The notes beneath the pieces are model-generated. The model was not told the DNA's origin. It made no database searches and saw only the letters and a program-made list of their open reading frames with translations. A stretch of 63,685 nucleotides of DNA, counting the filler, from Collodictyon triciliatum (lineage: Eukaryota): assembly GCA_043381765.1 (NCBI GenBank). It is 13 parts of 13 records of this genome, joined end to end, with 100 filler letters (N's around TTAATTAATTAA, not from the genome) between each part and the next. Parts side by side here need not be neighbours in the genome. Positions count along the whole stretch, not along the records: positions 10,316 to 15,369 come from JBHJMP010005530.1; positions 15,470 to 20,523 come from JBHJMP010005531.1; positions 20,624 to 25,673 come from JBHJMP010005532.1; positions 25,774 to 30,819 come from JBHJMP010005533.1; 9 more parts are not named here. One strand, given 5' to 3'. This document shows positions 13,301 to 26,400 of the stretch, piece by piece. A program made the translations under genes and the position numbers. Position 1 is the first letter of the stretch, and every line of letters starts with the position of its first letter.

Positions 13301-15369
13301 CTAATATGCATGTATCTAGTTCTGCTCAATGTGTTGATTGCTTCCAGAAGGCAGCTGCTATCAGAAAGGAGACTAAGACAATCATGTCAATGAAAGACAC
13401 CCATCAGATTGACAATATTATCCGCCTCATGAAGGACAAGAAAGAGCATGAAGCCGCCATTCAGCTTTACAAAACAGCTGCTCTTAGACATGGTGAAAAG
13501 TCATCCTATGAAAACTGGGACTGCTGGGTGGCTTGTGAGACTGCGCACCAACACTGCAAAGAGAACAAGCTGTATGAAAGTGGCGTCGCATTCTGGGCTG
13601 AGATGAGAGACAGATTCGCAGATAAACTCGGATGGATTCACCCCAGAACATTAAATTCATGCGAATACTTGTCCGTCCATTCAAATGGAATCAGAATCAA
13701 CAAAGAGCCTGTTGAGTTTACGAGAGTCAAGGAATTCATCTGTGAAACTCTTGATGATGCAAAACTGGATGAGGAATGGAATCGTGAGCAAATCATTGCG
13801 CCATTATTCAGAATTGTCTACATGTCAAAGACTGATGAAAGCAAATCAAAGGCTGCATCTGATGCAATCACACTTTTGAATTTCATGAATATTTCTTTCG
13901 GTGGAATGGATTTATCAAACATCAAAATTCCGCATGCAAATCTCAGTAACTCAATCCTTGAAGGTGCAAACTTCTCGGGTGCCAACTTGGATGGTGTTGA
14001 CTTCACGAATTCGATGCTTGGTGACTGTGTTTTTGATAATGCAAAAATGAATAGTGTGAAATTCGGAATTCCTTATGATAAATTAGAAGGTCATACATAT
14101 TCTGTCTATAGTGTTTGCGCTATTCAAGGACCGAATGGTGAAAAGTGGCTGACTTCTGGAAGTCATGATAAAACAATACGTGTTTGGGATGTAGCCACAG
14201 GAAACCAAATTAAAACACTAGAAGGTCATACAGATGCTATCAATAGTGTTTGCAATATTCAAGGACCGAATGGTGAAAACTGGTTGGCTTCTGGAAGTCG
14301 GGATAAAACAATACGTGTTTGGGATGTAGCCACAGGAAGCCAAATCAATATATTGGAAGGTCATACAGAAGGTGTCAATAGTGTTTGCAGTATTCAAGGG
14401 CCGAATGGTGAAAAGTGGCTGGCTTCTGTAAGTCGTGATAAAACAATACGTATTTGGGATGTAGCCACAGGAAACCAAATCAAAACATTAGAAGGTCATA
14501 CAAGAGAAGTTGACAGTGTTTGCAGTATTCAAGGACCGAATGGTGAAATGTGGTTGGCTTCTGGAAGTCAAGATAAAACAATACGCATTTGGGATGTAGC
14601 CTCAGGAAACCAAATCAAAACATCAAAAGGTCATACAAGCAATGTCAACAGCGTTTGCAGTATTCAAGGACCGAATGGTGAAAAGTGGCTGGCTTCTGGA
14701 AGTTTTGATAAAACAATTCGTATTTGGGATGTGGCCAAAGGAAACCAAATCAAAACATTAGAAGGTCATACAAGTTATGTCAATAGTGTTTGCAGCATTC
14801 AAGGACCGAATGGTGAAAATTGGCTGGCTTCTGGAAGTGTGGATAAAACAATACGTATTTGGGATGTAGCCTCAGGAAACCAAATCAAAACATTGGAAGG
14901 ACATACAAGCGATGTCAATTGTGTTTGCAGTATTCAAGGACCGAATGGAGAAAATTGGCTGGCTTCTGGAAGTTGGGATAAAACAATACGTATTTGGGAT
15001 GTAGCCACTGGAAATCAAATCAAAACATTGGAAGGTCATACTGAGACTGTCAAAAGTGTTTGCAGTATCCAAGGACCGAATGGTGAAAAGTGGTTGGCTT
15101 CTGGAAGTTTTGATAAAACAATACGTATTTGGGATATAGTCACAGGAAACCAAACACACAGTCTGCAAAAACTAGAAGTGACCTACACCCAAGGAAAATA
15201 CCTCGTCAAGAAAGAAAAGCCAGACGAAGTCATCGCAGTATTCAACAGAACAAGTGATGCGATGAACATGATTGACACCAACAGAATCCAAGATGCAAGG
15301 ACAGTCCAGATTATCGGCCCAAGAAAGCTGCAAGGTGGAAACATCCAAATCAAAAATGTCACGGGATTG
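10316..15369 (+). CDS. NLR-like/STAND protein fragment: post-NTPase helical region (NPHP3/TEP1-like), TPRs, pentapeptide repeats, 8 WD40 repeats; truncated at both ends
   Basis: GHPLYLRIILDEVRVFGVYEKL (G.PLYL motif after NACHT-type NTPases); TPR exons (LGAKHASVAST, LGENHPNVVAC); ANLSNSILEGANFSGANLDGVDF; LEGHT..WLASGS.DKTIRIWD x8. Confidence 0.82.
14083..15153 (+). repeat. 8 x 135-bp near-identical WD40 repeats
   Basis: 45-aa period with near-identical DNA between units. Confidence 0.95.
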
Positions 15370-15621
15370 NNNNNNNNNNNNNNNNNNNNNNNNNNNNNNN
15401 NNNNNNNNNNNNNTTAATTAATTAANNNNNNNNNNNNNNNNNNNNNNNNNNNNNNNNNNNNNNNNNNNNTCTTCTCTTCTCTTCTCTTCTCTTCTCTTCT
15501 CTTCTCTTCTCTTCTCTTCTCTTCTCTTCTCTTCTCTTCTCTTCTCTTCTCTTCTCTTCTCTTCTCTCTCTGATGAATCACAACAACGAAAAATATGACG
15601 TATGCTTTCTCTTGCTCGTTA

Positions 15622-16591
15622 GAAACTGGCATCGTGTGGAATCAATTTAATCCCCACCAACGACTGGTATCCTTACGTGGATAACTCAGCTCCAAAGGTA
15701 AGCTAAGCTTCTGCTTGGTTTGAACAATTGCAAATAATGTGCAAAGTATTTTTGTGATGTGCAATTTCGATCAATTATATATTATCGCAGACTACATGAA
15801 TAAATATGTGCAACCAATATTAAATCATCATCGATTTACATTATACATCTATGAAGGACGAGGCTCTTGAAAATGCGGTTTATCGAGACCTAAATCTTGC
15901 TTGCCCAGCGATAACCATCACCAGTAGCAAATGGAACAAGCATATTGGCAAAGAAAAGTTTACCATCAGAATACAACCATCGGAATACATCGAAGGCGAA
16001 CCGCCAGCGGATGACCTACGCTTTGATTTGGAGGACGAGGAGGTTCCATTATATCTCAATATCGTAATCGGATATGCAAACCTCGTGAAGCGAGAGTTGT
16101 TTGCGAAATAAATATGGATTGCATTTCCTTCTTGTATAACACTGTTGTATATTCAACAGGTTTCACGCTCATGGCAAACCGTGATGTTTGAGAATGACAA
16201 TTGTGCTTTCATCCGTGTTGTGGACACCGACCCGGAGTTTGGCGAAGAAATGATTCCGTCTGTGGTGGTAATACTTTATCCTCATCTAAATAATCAATCG
16301 AGGGCCACGCAGTATTCTCGATCTTCAGTAACTCCTCTCTCCCTTTCCATTTTTTTTATTGAAAAAATGTGTATGTATTTATTCTGAAGGATTTTTACCA
16401 ATAATTTTTTTTCCATGATATACACTCTCACGATTACAATTGTTTACGCGCAGGGTCATTCCAATCTGATCGCCTGCTTGAAAGAGGTTTACCCGCCGCA
16501 TTTGATCAGCCGCTGTCGCCACGCGCACGCCCGACATACCGATGCAGTCACCAACCTTCTCCGCTGGACGCGCGTCTTCAACTTCGCCTAG
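15622..16591 (+). CDS. C-terminal exons of a CASC1/IC97 (DNAI7)-like axonemal dynein intermediate chain
   Basis: KLASCGINLIPTNDWYPY, E..VYRDL..ITSSKWN, HSNL, and C-terminal AVTNLLRWTRVFNFA* resemble the CASC1 C-terminal domain. Confidence 0.6.
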
Positions 16592-17088
16592 AAGCCTGGA
16601 TAATAATGACTAAAGAAAATACAACGCCAAAGAAAGGATAATACATTTCAACCGAATGCAAAAGTCGAATCTGCTCATACATCTATACGTACAAATATGC
16701 CAGATTTTGCATTCAGACGCGACGAAGCAGCTGAACCACTCAGGGCATTAGCATGTAGTCCTCAACACAACGCGCATCTGACATCTGCTTTGACTCACCG
16801 ATACCAACTGAAGAAAAAAGTGAACGGAAATATAGTCAAGAGAGTACCCAACTCACGCTGCACTCATAGTTCTTTTTTCCATTTTCCATTTTCCTTTTCT
16901 CATTTATATCTCTCCTGTATTGCAAGTATTATGAAGTCGTTAAAAAAAAAAAAGGAATTCAAGAAAGAGGAAGGAAAGAAGAAAAGGAATGACCAGGTGA
17001 ATGAAAAAGCGGCTATGGTAGGAATGAGGAAATAATCCGATTTGCCAGGCGCAGATGCAAGACTCCATGCCGACCACTTCTCTGGGCT

Positions 17089-19967
17089 TTAGTCACCGAA
17101 GGAAACGACATTGTCGCCGATGGTTTTGGCCAGAGCACTAGTTAGATACGGCTGGCGGCCAAGGCGAGCAAGCAGCTCCTGGGGGATTCTGGACGATGCA
17201 AACTCTGCCATCAAAATGCGAGCGTCGGCTTGTGTCTCCTTGTCGAGGTCTTCCGCTTCACGCAGAATCCATAGCAAATATGATACAGGTAACAACAGAT
17301 TGCAGGAGTCTGTCAACCCATCGCACCCCTCTGCACCCTTTTCTAGCGCACCTATCAAGTCTCCACACAGAAGAACTTCCATACTGAATGATGGTGAACA
17401 AACTCTGTAATTATTATTGTTATTGTTAATATTATATTTATCTATTTTTTGTTTTTGGATGAGCGTAAATGAAGAGAAAATATAAAGAAAGGAAAAAGAC
17501 GCGTTCCATATAGCAATTCTTCATTCTTATCTTCTTTGAGAGACATCGTCACGCGTTTAAACGTGATTATTTCGGATGTATTATGTGAATTGGAAAGTAG
17601 AAAGGCAAAACTTTAGGTGTTCACATACTCATCAATTCTAACCTGTTCCATTCAAGTGCGTTTGGTATTTTGAAGGTGCGGATTACACTCAGCTCTAAAT
17701 CATGTTGTGTATGGGAGGTTTCGCGATTATATGGTGTATCTGACCAGAATGAGTGTGCGCGCTGACTTGCATCTTTTTTGGCCAAGCAGAGACTATGGCG
17801 CAGGTATATCTTAACCAGAAATCGACGGAAGTACCAAAGACTCTCGTGGCTGGGATAGCGCTGAATTAAATCTGAGTTATACATGAACTCCTGTGCAAGA
17901 ATATGGGCATAATCGAAACCTAATATATTATGATTGTTAATGGTAAAATAAAAATGAGGAAAAAAAAGAAGGATGTTTGGCATTCAATTGAAAGGAGTGC
18001 AAGGTTGTTTTTTTTTCTTTTTCTTTATCTATCAAAACAAAGATAAAAAATAGTTAAAACAGTTAGTCACCATCGATGAGGCTAGACATCTTTTCAAAAA
18101 TTTTGAATCTGTAATGAAAGGCTGAATGGTCAGACACATTTTTGTTTGTCCATTCTGTGATGTTGTTCAGCTCTGTAACCAACTATATGAATTTGTTTTG
18201 TATTTAAAATGTCTGTCTTTGTAATAGTTGAGGAGGAAAGCAAAATAACACTATTATAATAAAAGATGGAAGTTAAGATATTGTGCCTGAAGACAGAGAA
18301 TCATAATCGCAATTAGTTCAATATATCTATATATGTAGATAAAAAAAAGGTGTATGGGGCACTCAGTCGTGTAGAGCTTAAATCGATGATATGTTGCTGT
18401 TTTTTTTTTCTTTAAAAATGAAAAAAAAATTATGTGAAACCCATTCACGCGAGTTCGAAATGTCCATGGTAAACAGGCGGTGAGTCCACGCGTAATAATT
18501 CCTTGGGTATGCAACGGCCACTCGGGTACAAACACTCATTTCATGGTTCAATACATCTTCCGACACCGAGGGATGATTCTTAATCAACCACTTTCTGCGT
18601 TTGGCAATNNNNNNNNNNNNNNNNNNNNNNNNNNNNNNNNNNNNNNNNNNNNNNNNNNNNNNNNNNNNNNNNNNNNNNNNNNNNNNNNNNNNNNNNNNNN
18701 NNNNNNNNNNNNNNNNNNNNNNNNNNNNNNNNNNNNNNNNNNNNNNNNNNNNNNNNNNNNNNNNNNNNNNNNNNNNNNNNNNNNNNNNNNNNNNNNNNNN
18801 NNNNNNNNNNNNNNNNNNNNNNNNNNNNNNNNNNNNNNNNNNNNNNNNNNNNNNNNNNNNNNNNNNNNNNNNNNNNNNNNNNNNNNNNNNNNNNNNNNNN
18901 NNNNNNNNNNNNNNNNNNNNNNNNNNNNNNNNNNNNNNNNNNNNNNNNNNNNNNNNNNNNNNNNNNNNNNNNNNNNNNNNNNNNNNNNNNNNNNNNNNNN
19001 NNNNNNNNNNNNNNNNNNNNNNNNNNNNNNNNNNNNNNNNNNNNNNNNNNNNNNNNNNNNNNNNNNNNNNNNNNNNNNNNNNNNNNNNNNNNNNNNNNNN
19101 NNNNNNNNNNNNNNNNNNNNNNNNNNNNNNNNNNNNNNNNNNNNNNNNNNNNNNNNNNNNNNNNNNNNNNNNNNNNNNNNNNNNNNNNNNNNNNNNNNNN
19201 NNNNNNNNNNNNNNNNNNNNNNNNNNNNNNNNNNNNNNNNNNNNNNNNNNNNNNNNNNNNNNNNNNNNNNNNNNNNNTTTTTTTTTCTGGTTTATTTTTA
19301 TATGAATCTGATAAGTTGGGATATTAAAAGAAAATACAAAGATGTGTAGATAAAGATGGGCTGCGGCTTGGGAATTTATGGAAGTCCACAGATATAATTA
19401 CCAAACTTTGGATGTTTTTTCCATTTTGTGAGAAGCATAAAGGCGTCCTTGTACAATTTCGTCAAAATGGAATATGATATACAAAGCTTGTGTTCAAAAA
19501 GTTCAAAGTCGGCCTACAAGTTATTATTATTATTATTATATTTTAAAAAAGCCAAATAAAACTTAAATCCAAACACAATATATAAAGATCCAGACACTAA
19601 TAAAAAAAAATAGCAAGACGAATTGTCTGTTATCTTCATCAAAAGAGCATGTTATATAATGATAAAGGAGAGTATACATCATAGCCCTCTTCATCTTGCA
19701 AGTTCCTTCGGAATCCAATCTCGTTCCTATATGCAACACCAAAAACAAACAAAAACTGTGAATTATACGCACTTATTATGTTTCATATATCAGAGTAGTA
19801 TATCTAAATAAAGACTGTATGATTCTCCTTGCTTGCGCTGGGGTATTCTTGTGCAGAGTGTATATACATAACACCAAAGAAAAGGCCTACACATGTGGAT
19901 CAAGAGCAAAGATCTCGTCGAGCACGTCTAACGGAGCCCCGTCCCTGCGCTTGAAGTAGCGCTGCAT
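17089..19967 (-). CDS. PTAR1: Protein prenyltransferase alpha-subunit repeat protein (PTAR1-like), multi-exon, spans a gap
   Basis: PPTA motifs YPRNYYAWTHR, SDHSAFHYR, YPSHESLWYFRRF; N-terminal LDEIFALDPHV. Confidence 0.72.
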
Positions 19968-20758
19968 GCCCTTCCTGCGACTTTTTTTTTTTTTGTTGTT
20001 GAAATTAATGATAATAATGAAAATAATAATAATAAAGAAGAAAAAGAAAAAGAAAAAGAAAAAGAAAAAGAAGAAGAAAAAGAAAAAGAAAAAGAACAAT
20101 AAGAGCACGAACAAGAATAACAAGAACAAGAACGAAAAAATAGTTAAATGATGTAAATGACCCAGCGAGAAAGGGACATGGATTTCTGATTGAGTTGGCT
20201 TCTGTGAATTCATTTTTTTTTTTTATTTATTTATTTAATTCTTTCGATAGTGAGAGGGGATAGGGAGAGAGTTTGCTTGCCTCCACTGCTTTCGAGCCCT
20301 GGGAAGAAAGAGAAAGAAAAAGAAAAAGAAAACGAGAGAGACGGAAAGTGAAAGAGAAAGAAAAAACTTGGTGATTCCCATGGACACATCACGACTCTTT
20401 TTTCTTTTTTTTTCCTTCCGTTTTTTCTTTGAAGTCGAGCCCACACACAGACTAACAGCCGACGCCATCCTACGAGAAGAGGACCTTGACATTGTGGTCG
20501 CGACCATCATCGACAAGCTCAAANNNNNNNNNNNNNNNNNNNNNNNNNNNNNNNNNNNNNNNNNNNNTTAATTAATTAANNNNNNNNNNNNNNNNNNNNN
20601 NNNNNNNNNNNNNNNNNNNNNNNGGCGGCGTTTCTCATCGAAATATTGAAAAATCCTTTGTTCTTTCCTCCTGTCTGATTATTCGCCATTCCCTGTGTTT
20701 TTTTTTAAAAAAAAAGAAAAAGAAAAAAAAAACACCTTTCTTTCTTCTCTTTTTTTTT

Positions 20759-20798
<40 letters not shown>

Positions 20799-22154
20799 TC
20801 TCACCTCTGATTTTAAGAAGAAAAAAACATACTCCAAGAATCTAAATGGCTGCCTGTGTCCTGGCTCGACTTCTCCCCTTTTGCACATCACGTTCCAATC
20901 GCGATTCATTCATCCCAAGTTAATTGCAAACAAGTCTCAATAAGGCGCATCGTTAATTCTGGAATATATAATATATACCTCATATAAATCCGTATTAGAT
21001 TGTTAAATTAAATTTCTTAAACTGATAATAGTAACAAATGTCGTAATTCAAGGTATACATAATCTTATATGGCGGGGGCAACACTAGAGAACTGGGCATT
21101 TCCCAGCAATTTTAATTATGGAAACGGTTTATAGCCATTTTTCTAAATTAAGAAAAGATGAACACAAATCCAGATATAGATATTCCAAACACAGACGGCC
21201 ACATACGAGAGTGGCGGATTTATCCCAAATAATCGAATTCCAACCGACGTCATATGTGCTCTGCCTGTGGCGAATACGAAGCTGAGCCACAGAATGATGC
21301 CACCGAAGCGACATACCATGACGCTTGCAACCATCTTCCCAAGCAGAAGCAAAGAAATTGACAAGCAAAAATGTGCTAACCAGTATTTAATCATACGACT
21401 TTGTCACTATTATTGTTGTCTCGAATGACAAAGTATACCGTCTGCGCTTCGAATGTGCCGGTTGGTGACGTATGCCTTGAAGAATATATTGAAAGGGATT
21501 GTATAAATACAAAAGTTGTTTGTTTGGGTGGGAATATGGCTTATAAACGAACGGCCGCGTTGGAAATGATTATGTTCCCCTCAGACAAATGTATGCTGCA
21601 TGGGTGGAGTGAAGGGCAAGTGTGCAACGTGGGCGATTCTCAAAGGAAAGCCGAATTCATGGGTGTTTTGAGCGGAATACGTGTGGAGGGAAACTGTTTG
21701 TCCCGAAGCAACTGTGTATTCTATTGAATCCAAGCCCAGGCGAATGACAAGACGCTTGTGTTTGTAATAGCTTGGCTGTGTTGCAGACATTCCTGTGTGT
21801 TTGTTAGGCTTCGTCTCTCGTGCCCCATGAGTAGAAATCATCGGGGAATCCTACAATATGACTATGACAAGTCGAGTTTTCTCACTTCAACACCCTGGTG
21901 TATATTCTTTCCTCTGGGTGGTCTCGTCACCGTCTCTTTGATTCGCAAGCTGTTCTTGGGAATTTCACCTGCCCGTGTGTCTTGTATACTCTTCGACTGA
22001 GCGACTTTTCCTCTGAGAGACTTTTCCTCTGAGCGACTTTTCCTCTGAGTGACTTTTCTAGTTTCCTACTTACTGAACCAAACTCTTTTAACACATAGGA
22101 CTCCACAAGAACACAAAGATTCACATACACACAAGCAAGATAAGCGTCACCGAT

Positions 22155-23768
22155 ATGTCCACAATGCCTTTTACCTTCCAGCCTTCTGGTCACGAATTCG
22201 CCTTCAAGAAGAAAGTCTATGAAGGTTATTCTTTTCCGTTTCTCTTTCTCTGGAAACTTCTCTTCTTTTCATCCACCCGCTCTTTTGCTCAATCGGCATG
22301 TTTACGCTTCACAGCCTCTGTCGGGATTCGCACGGCACACGAAGCCCCAAAATGCTCGCAAGACCTTAGCCTTGACTTCCTCTCAAACTACTTCCATCTG
22401 CGAATCAACGATGTTGCCAAGGTAAACACCTTGCAAGTGACTTGCTCAATCAAGTCCTTAACGAATGGTTGCTTAGATCACTTAACCCTTTTTCTATTGT
22501 TCACATGCTAGAAGATAACGGGACTCTTGTGCACTATTCCTTAAGCCTCTATATCCACATCAATAGAAACTAGGAATCTGTGCTACCGTCCTGAAAAAGA
22601 TCTGCCGCAAGAACGGCATCCCACGCTGGCCGCACCGTCGTGTGAGTCTTTCTTTGAGCAATTCTTCGCTGACACACATAGAAACCAGATAACTGGACCC
22701 GAATATATCATTAAATCATATTCACCCTTGCTACTCAACAGATCAAAAGCTTTGACAAGAGAATCGAGCTTGCCCAAATCGCCCTTTCTTCTGCCAGTAC
22801 CAGCAGCAATGCCGAGGAACGGGAGCGCCTCTTGCAGGAGCTCGCCGAATGCCAGCGCCAACGCGATCTCCTCCTCAAAAACCCTGGACTCATCTGTAAG
22901 ACACAGCTCCAAAGAAATGAAAAGACCAAAGAAAAAAAATGAATATAATACAGTCTTCATAAGAACCATAAGGAAAACACAAGGACACCTCAGAATATCG
23001 TAAATGACCTCCCTTGAGGAAATAGATTAAGAAACACAGCCCTGCTCACCAGACAACATTCACAACCACGCAGCCAAAAGCCTTTCACGCCGCAGCCTTG
23101 CCAGCAACCCAGGCCATCAGTCCCAAAGCAGCTTCGACTCAAGCGACGAAGACACAAGCGATGAAGACAGCGACCACTGCAATGGCAACACCAACCTCAA
23201 AGCCGGCCCTACCAACACATCAAGCCACGCACGCCGCACCCTGCGCGCCTCAAAGCCGCTCGGGAAAAGCGACCGAATGGGATTTGGCACCACCAGCCCG
23301 GTCCTTGGCTCGTCCACGCCCACACCCGCCTCGGCATCGCCTTTGCCGCAGTCGTCATCGGGGCTGTCACTGTGCTCGCTGGGCTCGTACGGGTCGCTCT
23401 CCTCGGCCCACTCGAACGTCTCGATGCCGCTGCCGACGAACAGGACGGCGCCTTTGTCGTCCAACACGGGTGCAAACACAACGCCGCTGCGGAAGCGCGC
23501 ATTTGCCCAGGCATTCGAGCCGACGCAGCCGTGTCTGTGCTGCCCAAACAACGCGCCTGCGGCCATCCGCGTGGCCCACTTTGCCCCGCACGAGCCTCTG
23601 CCTGCGCCTGTCTTTGCCCCGGCCCCGAGAGCCGTCCCGCTCGCTGTCGCTGCCACACATGGGCCGTCCAATCCGCTCGACGCCGAAGCTGCCCGGACGT
23701 TGCAGCCGCTGCTGGATGTCATCTCTCTCGCCATCTTTGCAGACGGCCCGCTTGCCCCGCGCGCGTGA
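22155..23768 (+). CDS. RWP-RK domain transcription factor
   Basis: Spliced exons give LSLDFLSNYFHLRINDVAK|KLGICATVLKKICRKNGIPRWPHR|..IKS, followed by a coiled coil and a Ser/Pro-rich tail. Confidence 0.88.
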
Positions 23769-24572
23769 CTGGGCTGCGCATCAGCTTGTTATCTTTCTCT
23801 ACTTTCGCCATACTTATTACTTTCCTTTTGAACTACTTTATTGCTTGATATTGTCCATCGCAAATGATTCACCAGAAAGCACATTTCTTTTTTTTTTCTC
23901 TCTCACACTCTCTCGTCTATATCGCTCTCCATAATCACCACCGGGTTGCCATGCCTATGCGACCCCTTCGCCTTTCCCTCCAGAGTGCACGTGCCCTCTC
24001 GTCCTTCCCTCTGGGCTGTCATATCTGTCCTTTCAAATCCCGTTGAAGATTTTGTTCTCTTCCTCGGAGAGATACCTATGAGGAGGGCATGCACAGTTTG
24101 GAAACTGGGCTTTTCCTTCTTCCTCTCTCTATATGTATATCTATCCATCATTGAAGCTGCACCCCAACACTTATCCATCTATTTGCTCATATCCATTCTG
24201 TAGTACGCAATTCGTAGCATCATCATGAAGAAACAACCATGCAAAAAAAAAAAAAAGCTGATATGAATCCTTTATTATGATTGCATCGCAAATCGCCGCT
24301 CCAATCACAAACCAATCACCCGTCTATAATAAAACAACCACATCAAATAACCACAGTCTCGCCACCTTTCCAACCCCTTGCATCCATCAAAGCTAAGCGC
24401 CACCCCAAACAGACAGCCAACACCAACTTGGTCGATTCCTATCATCACCATCATCATCATCATCACCATCATCATCATCCTTTCTTTATATATGCTCCTC
24501 AATCCTGGGCGGCTGTGCGCGTCATATCACCACTCTCGCCTCTGTTCTGCGCGCTTCCTTGGATAGATGCCA

Positions 24573-25330
24573 CTATGCATTTGCTGCCGAAAGAGCCTCC
24601 AGATTGCTTAGTGCTTGGCTGACCGGAGCCAAAGCCTGGCTGAGTTCCTGGCCCAGCACAAGCATCAAACCCACATCGGCCGTGGGCTCGCCGAAGAGCG
24701 TGATGATCAGCGGCGATGAGTTGATCTGGACAAGGCTGTTGTGCTCACTGATTTGCGTGATGCTGCGGTTCGGGCCCAGACCGAGTTTATTGGCCTGGAT
24801 TTAAATATGTATATTGTAGAGTGCCACATAGTGTGATGTGCATGAGTATGATTGTAATTGTGATTTTGATGTGCTTATGTGATAGGACTGACCTGCTCAG
24901 TTGAGAAGGCGAATGTAGTCACATATTGCGAAAGTAGTGATTGGTCGCCGTCCATCACGGATGCTGTGTTGTGATTGGAGGTGCAGTCAATAGAACGTGC
25001 AGTAAGAAGAGTGATGGCGCTCGAATGCACAAGAATACACAGTTCTATCAAACCTTGGACGATGCAGACTCCTTCAAGATCGGTGATCTGGATGGCAAGA
25101 AGGCCGGGTATTCTAGGAGTGTACAAGTGAGAAAGTGTGTGTCTTGTGTGTTGATGAGGAGCCCGATGACTTCTTTATCGCTTCACGCCTTATGAATAAA
25201 GCGGAGGGAGTTTGCTCCGTGAAATGCTAAGCTTGGGTGTTTTTTTTTGTTTGTTTGGGTTTCTGGAATAAAAGCCGAACCTGGTCACAAAGTTTTCAAC
25301 AAGGGTTTGGATGCTGGGGTGGACCTTTTT
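24573..25330 (-). CDS. LAMTOR3: Ragulator subunit LAMTOR3 (MP1)-like; start exon approximate
   Basis: IPGLLAIQITDLEGV; TFAFSTEQ|ANKLGLGPNRSI..VQINSSPLIITL...DVGLML. Confidence 0.8.
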
Positions 25331-25469
25331 GTAAGCAGGTAGTTATGAGTACTTATTTTACGGTCTAGTAAGAATAGGAAGAGATATGCGCTGCTGCGCG
25401 ACGAAAGAAGGGCTTGTTTGGGAGCCGTGATAAGACAGCATAGAGACCAAAAATAGTTAGAAAGGAAAG

Positions 25470-25673
25470 GAAAGGAAAGAAGGAAAGAAAAAGAAAAAGA
25501 AAAAGAAAAAGAAAAAGAAAAAGAAAAAGAATAGAAAAGAATAGAAAAGAATAGAAAAGAATAGAAAAGAATATAAAATAATAGAAAATAATAGAAAATA
25601 ATAGAAAATAATAGAAAATAATAGAAAATAATAGAAAATAATAGAAAATAATAGAAAATAATAGAAAATAATA
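25470..25673. repeat. A-rich tandem repeats (AAAAAG)n then (ATAGAAAATA)n
   Basis: Direct reading. Confidence 0.9.
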
Positions 25674-26276
25674 NNNNNNNNNNNNNNNNNNNNNNNNNNN
25701 NNNNNNNNNNNNNNNNNTTAATTAATTAANNNNNNNNNNNNNNNNNNNNNNNNNNNNNNNNNNNNNNNNNNNNGACATCGGCCCTGCCACAACTGACAGC
25801 AATACTCTCTTCTATTCTCCTCTCCCAACGTTCTGTTGCCTTCTGCTCGCACTCACACTAGACCCACACAGCCCCGGGAGCACGACAAGGCCGACTTCCA
25901 GCCTACCTTCCTCCCCAAGCTGCGCTGGGCTGTGCCGCAATACACCCTCATTCAGTCAGTCGCTTCCCCCATCTGGTCGGCCCTTGCCCAGCCCAGTTGA
26001 GTGGCCGCAAACGCCTCCTTAGCTTTCTCCTCCTCATCCAACTCTTATATTTTGTTCTGGTCGTCTGCGATCTCCCTGATTTCTTTCATTTTTTTTATTT
26101 TTTTTATTTTTTTTATTTTTGTCATAAAAACGAGCTGTAGTTCAGCATTTCCCAAAATTCGTGGTGGGTGGGTTCAAGTCGTACTTCAGGTTGCGTCGCA
26201 TAAAAATGATGAAGTTAAGTAAGCAGCCGCGAGGGGAGAAGTTCTTCGCACTGTCATTCGTTTGTATGTTGTTTAA

Positions 26277-26393
26277 TAGAAGGGGTATGCCATCTTTCGA
26301 TTGGTAAACCTGGTGCGCTAGTATCCAAGGTCTCACCACTTTTTTTACAAAGATTGTGTAGTGTTGAATGCTGCCAGGAAAGACCCGACAGCC
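26277..26393 (-). ncRNA. Putative Fanzor omegaRNA scaffold / element right end, copy 1
   Basis: Immediately 3' of the Fanzor stop; aligns with 52783-52900; hairpins; similarity stops at CCCTTCTA. Confidence 0.75.
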
Positions 26394-26400
26394 TGATTTT

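Noticed and set aside
15667-15674. GTATCCTT, a U12-type 5' splice-site consensus
   Set aside because: Lies inside a continuous coding exon (DWYPYV) that ends at a canonical GTAAG donor.
18480-19349. Long X-containing ORFs (also 33476-34499)
   Set aside because: They run through scaffold gaps.
21997-22058. 16-bp tandem repeat CTGAGCGACTTTTCCT x~4 upstream of the RWP-RK gene
   Set aside because: Real but short; nothing shows a function beyond a local minisatellite.
23098-23934. Multiple overlapping ORFs on both strands
   Set aside because: Shadow frames of the GC-rich RWP-RK terminal exon.
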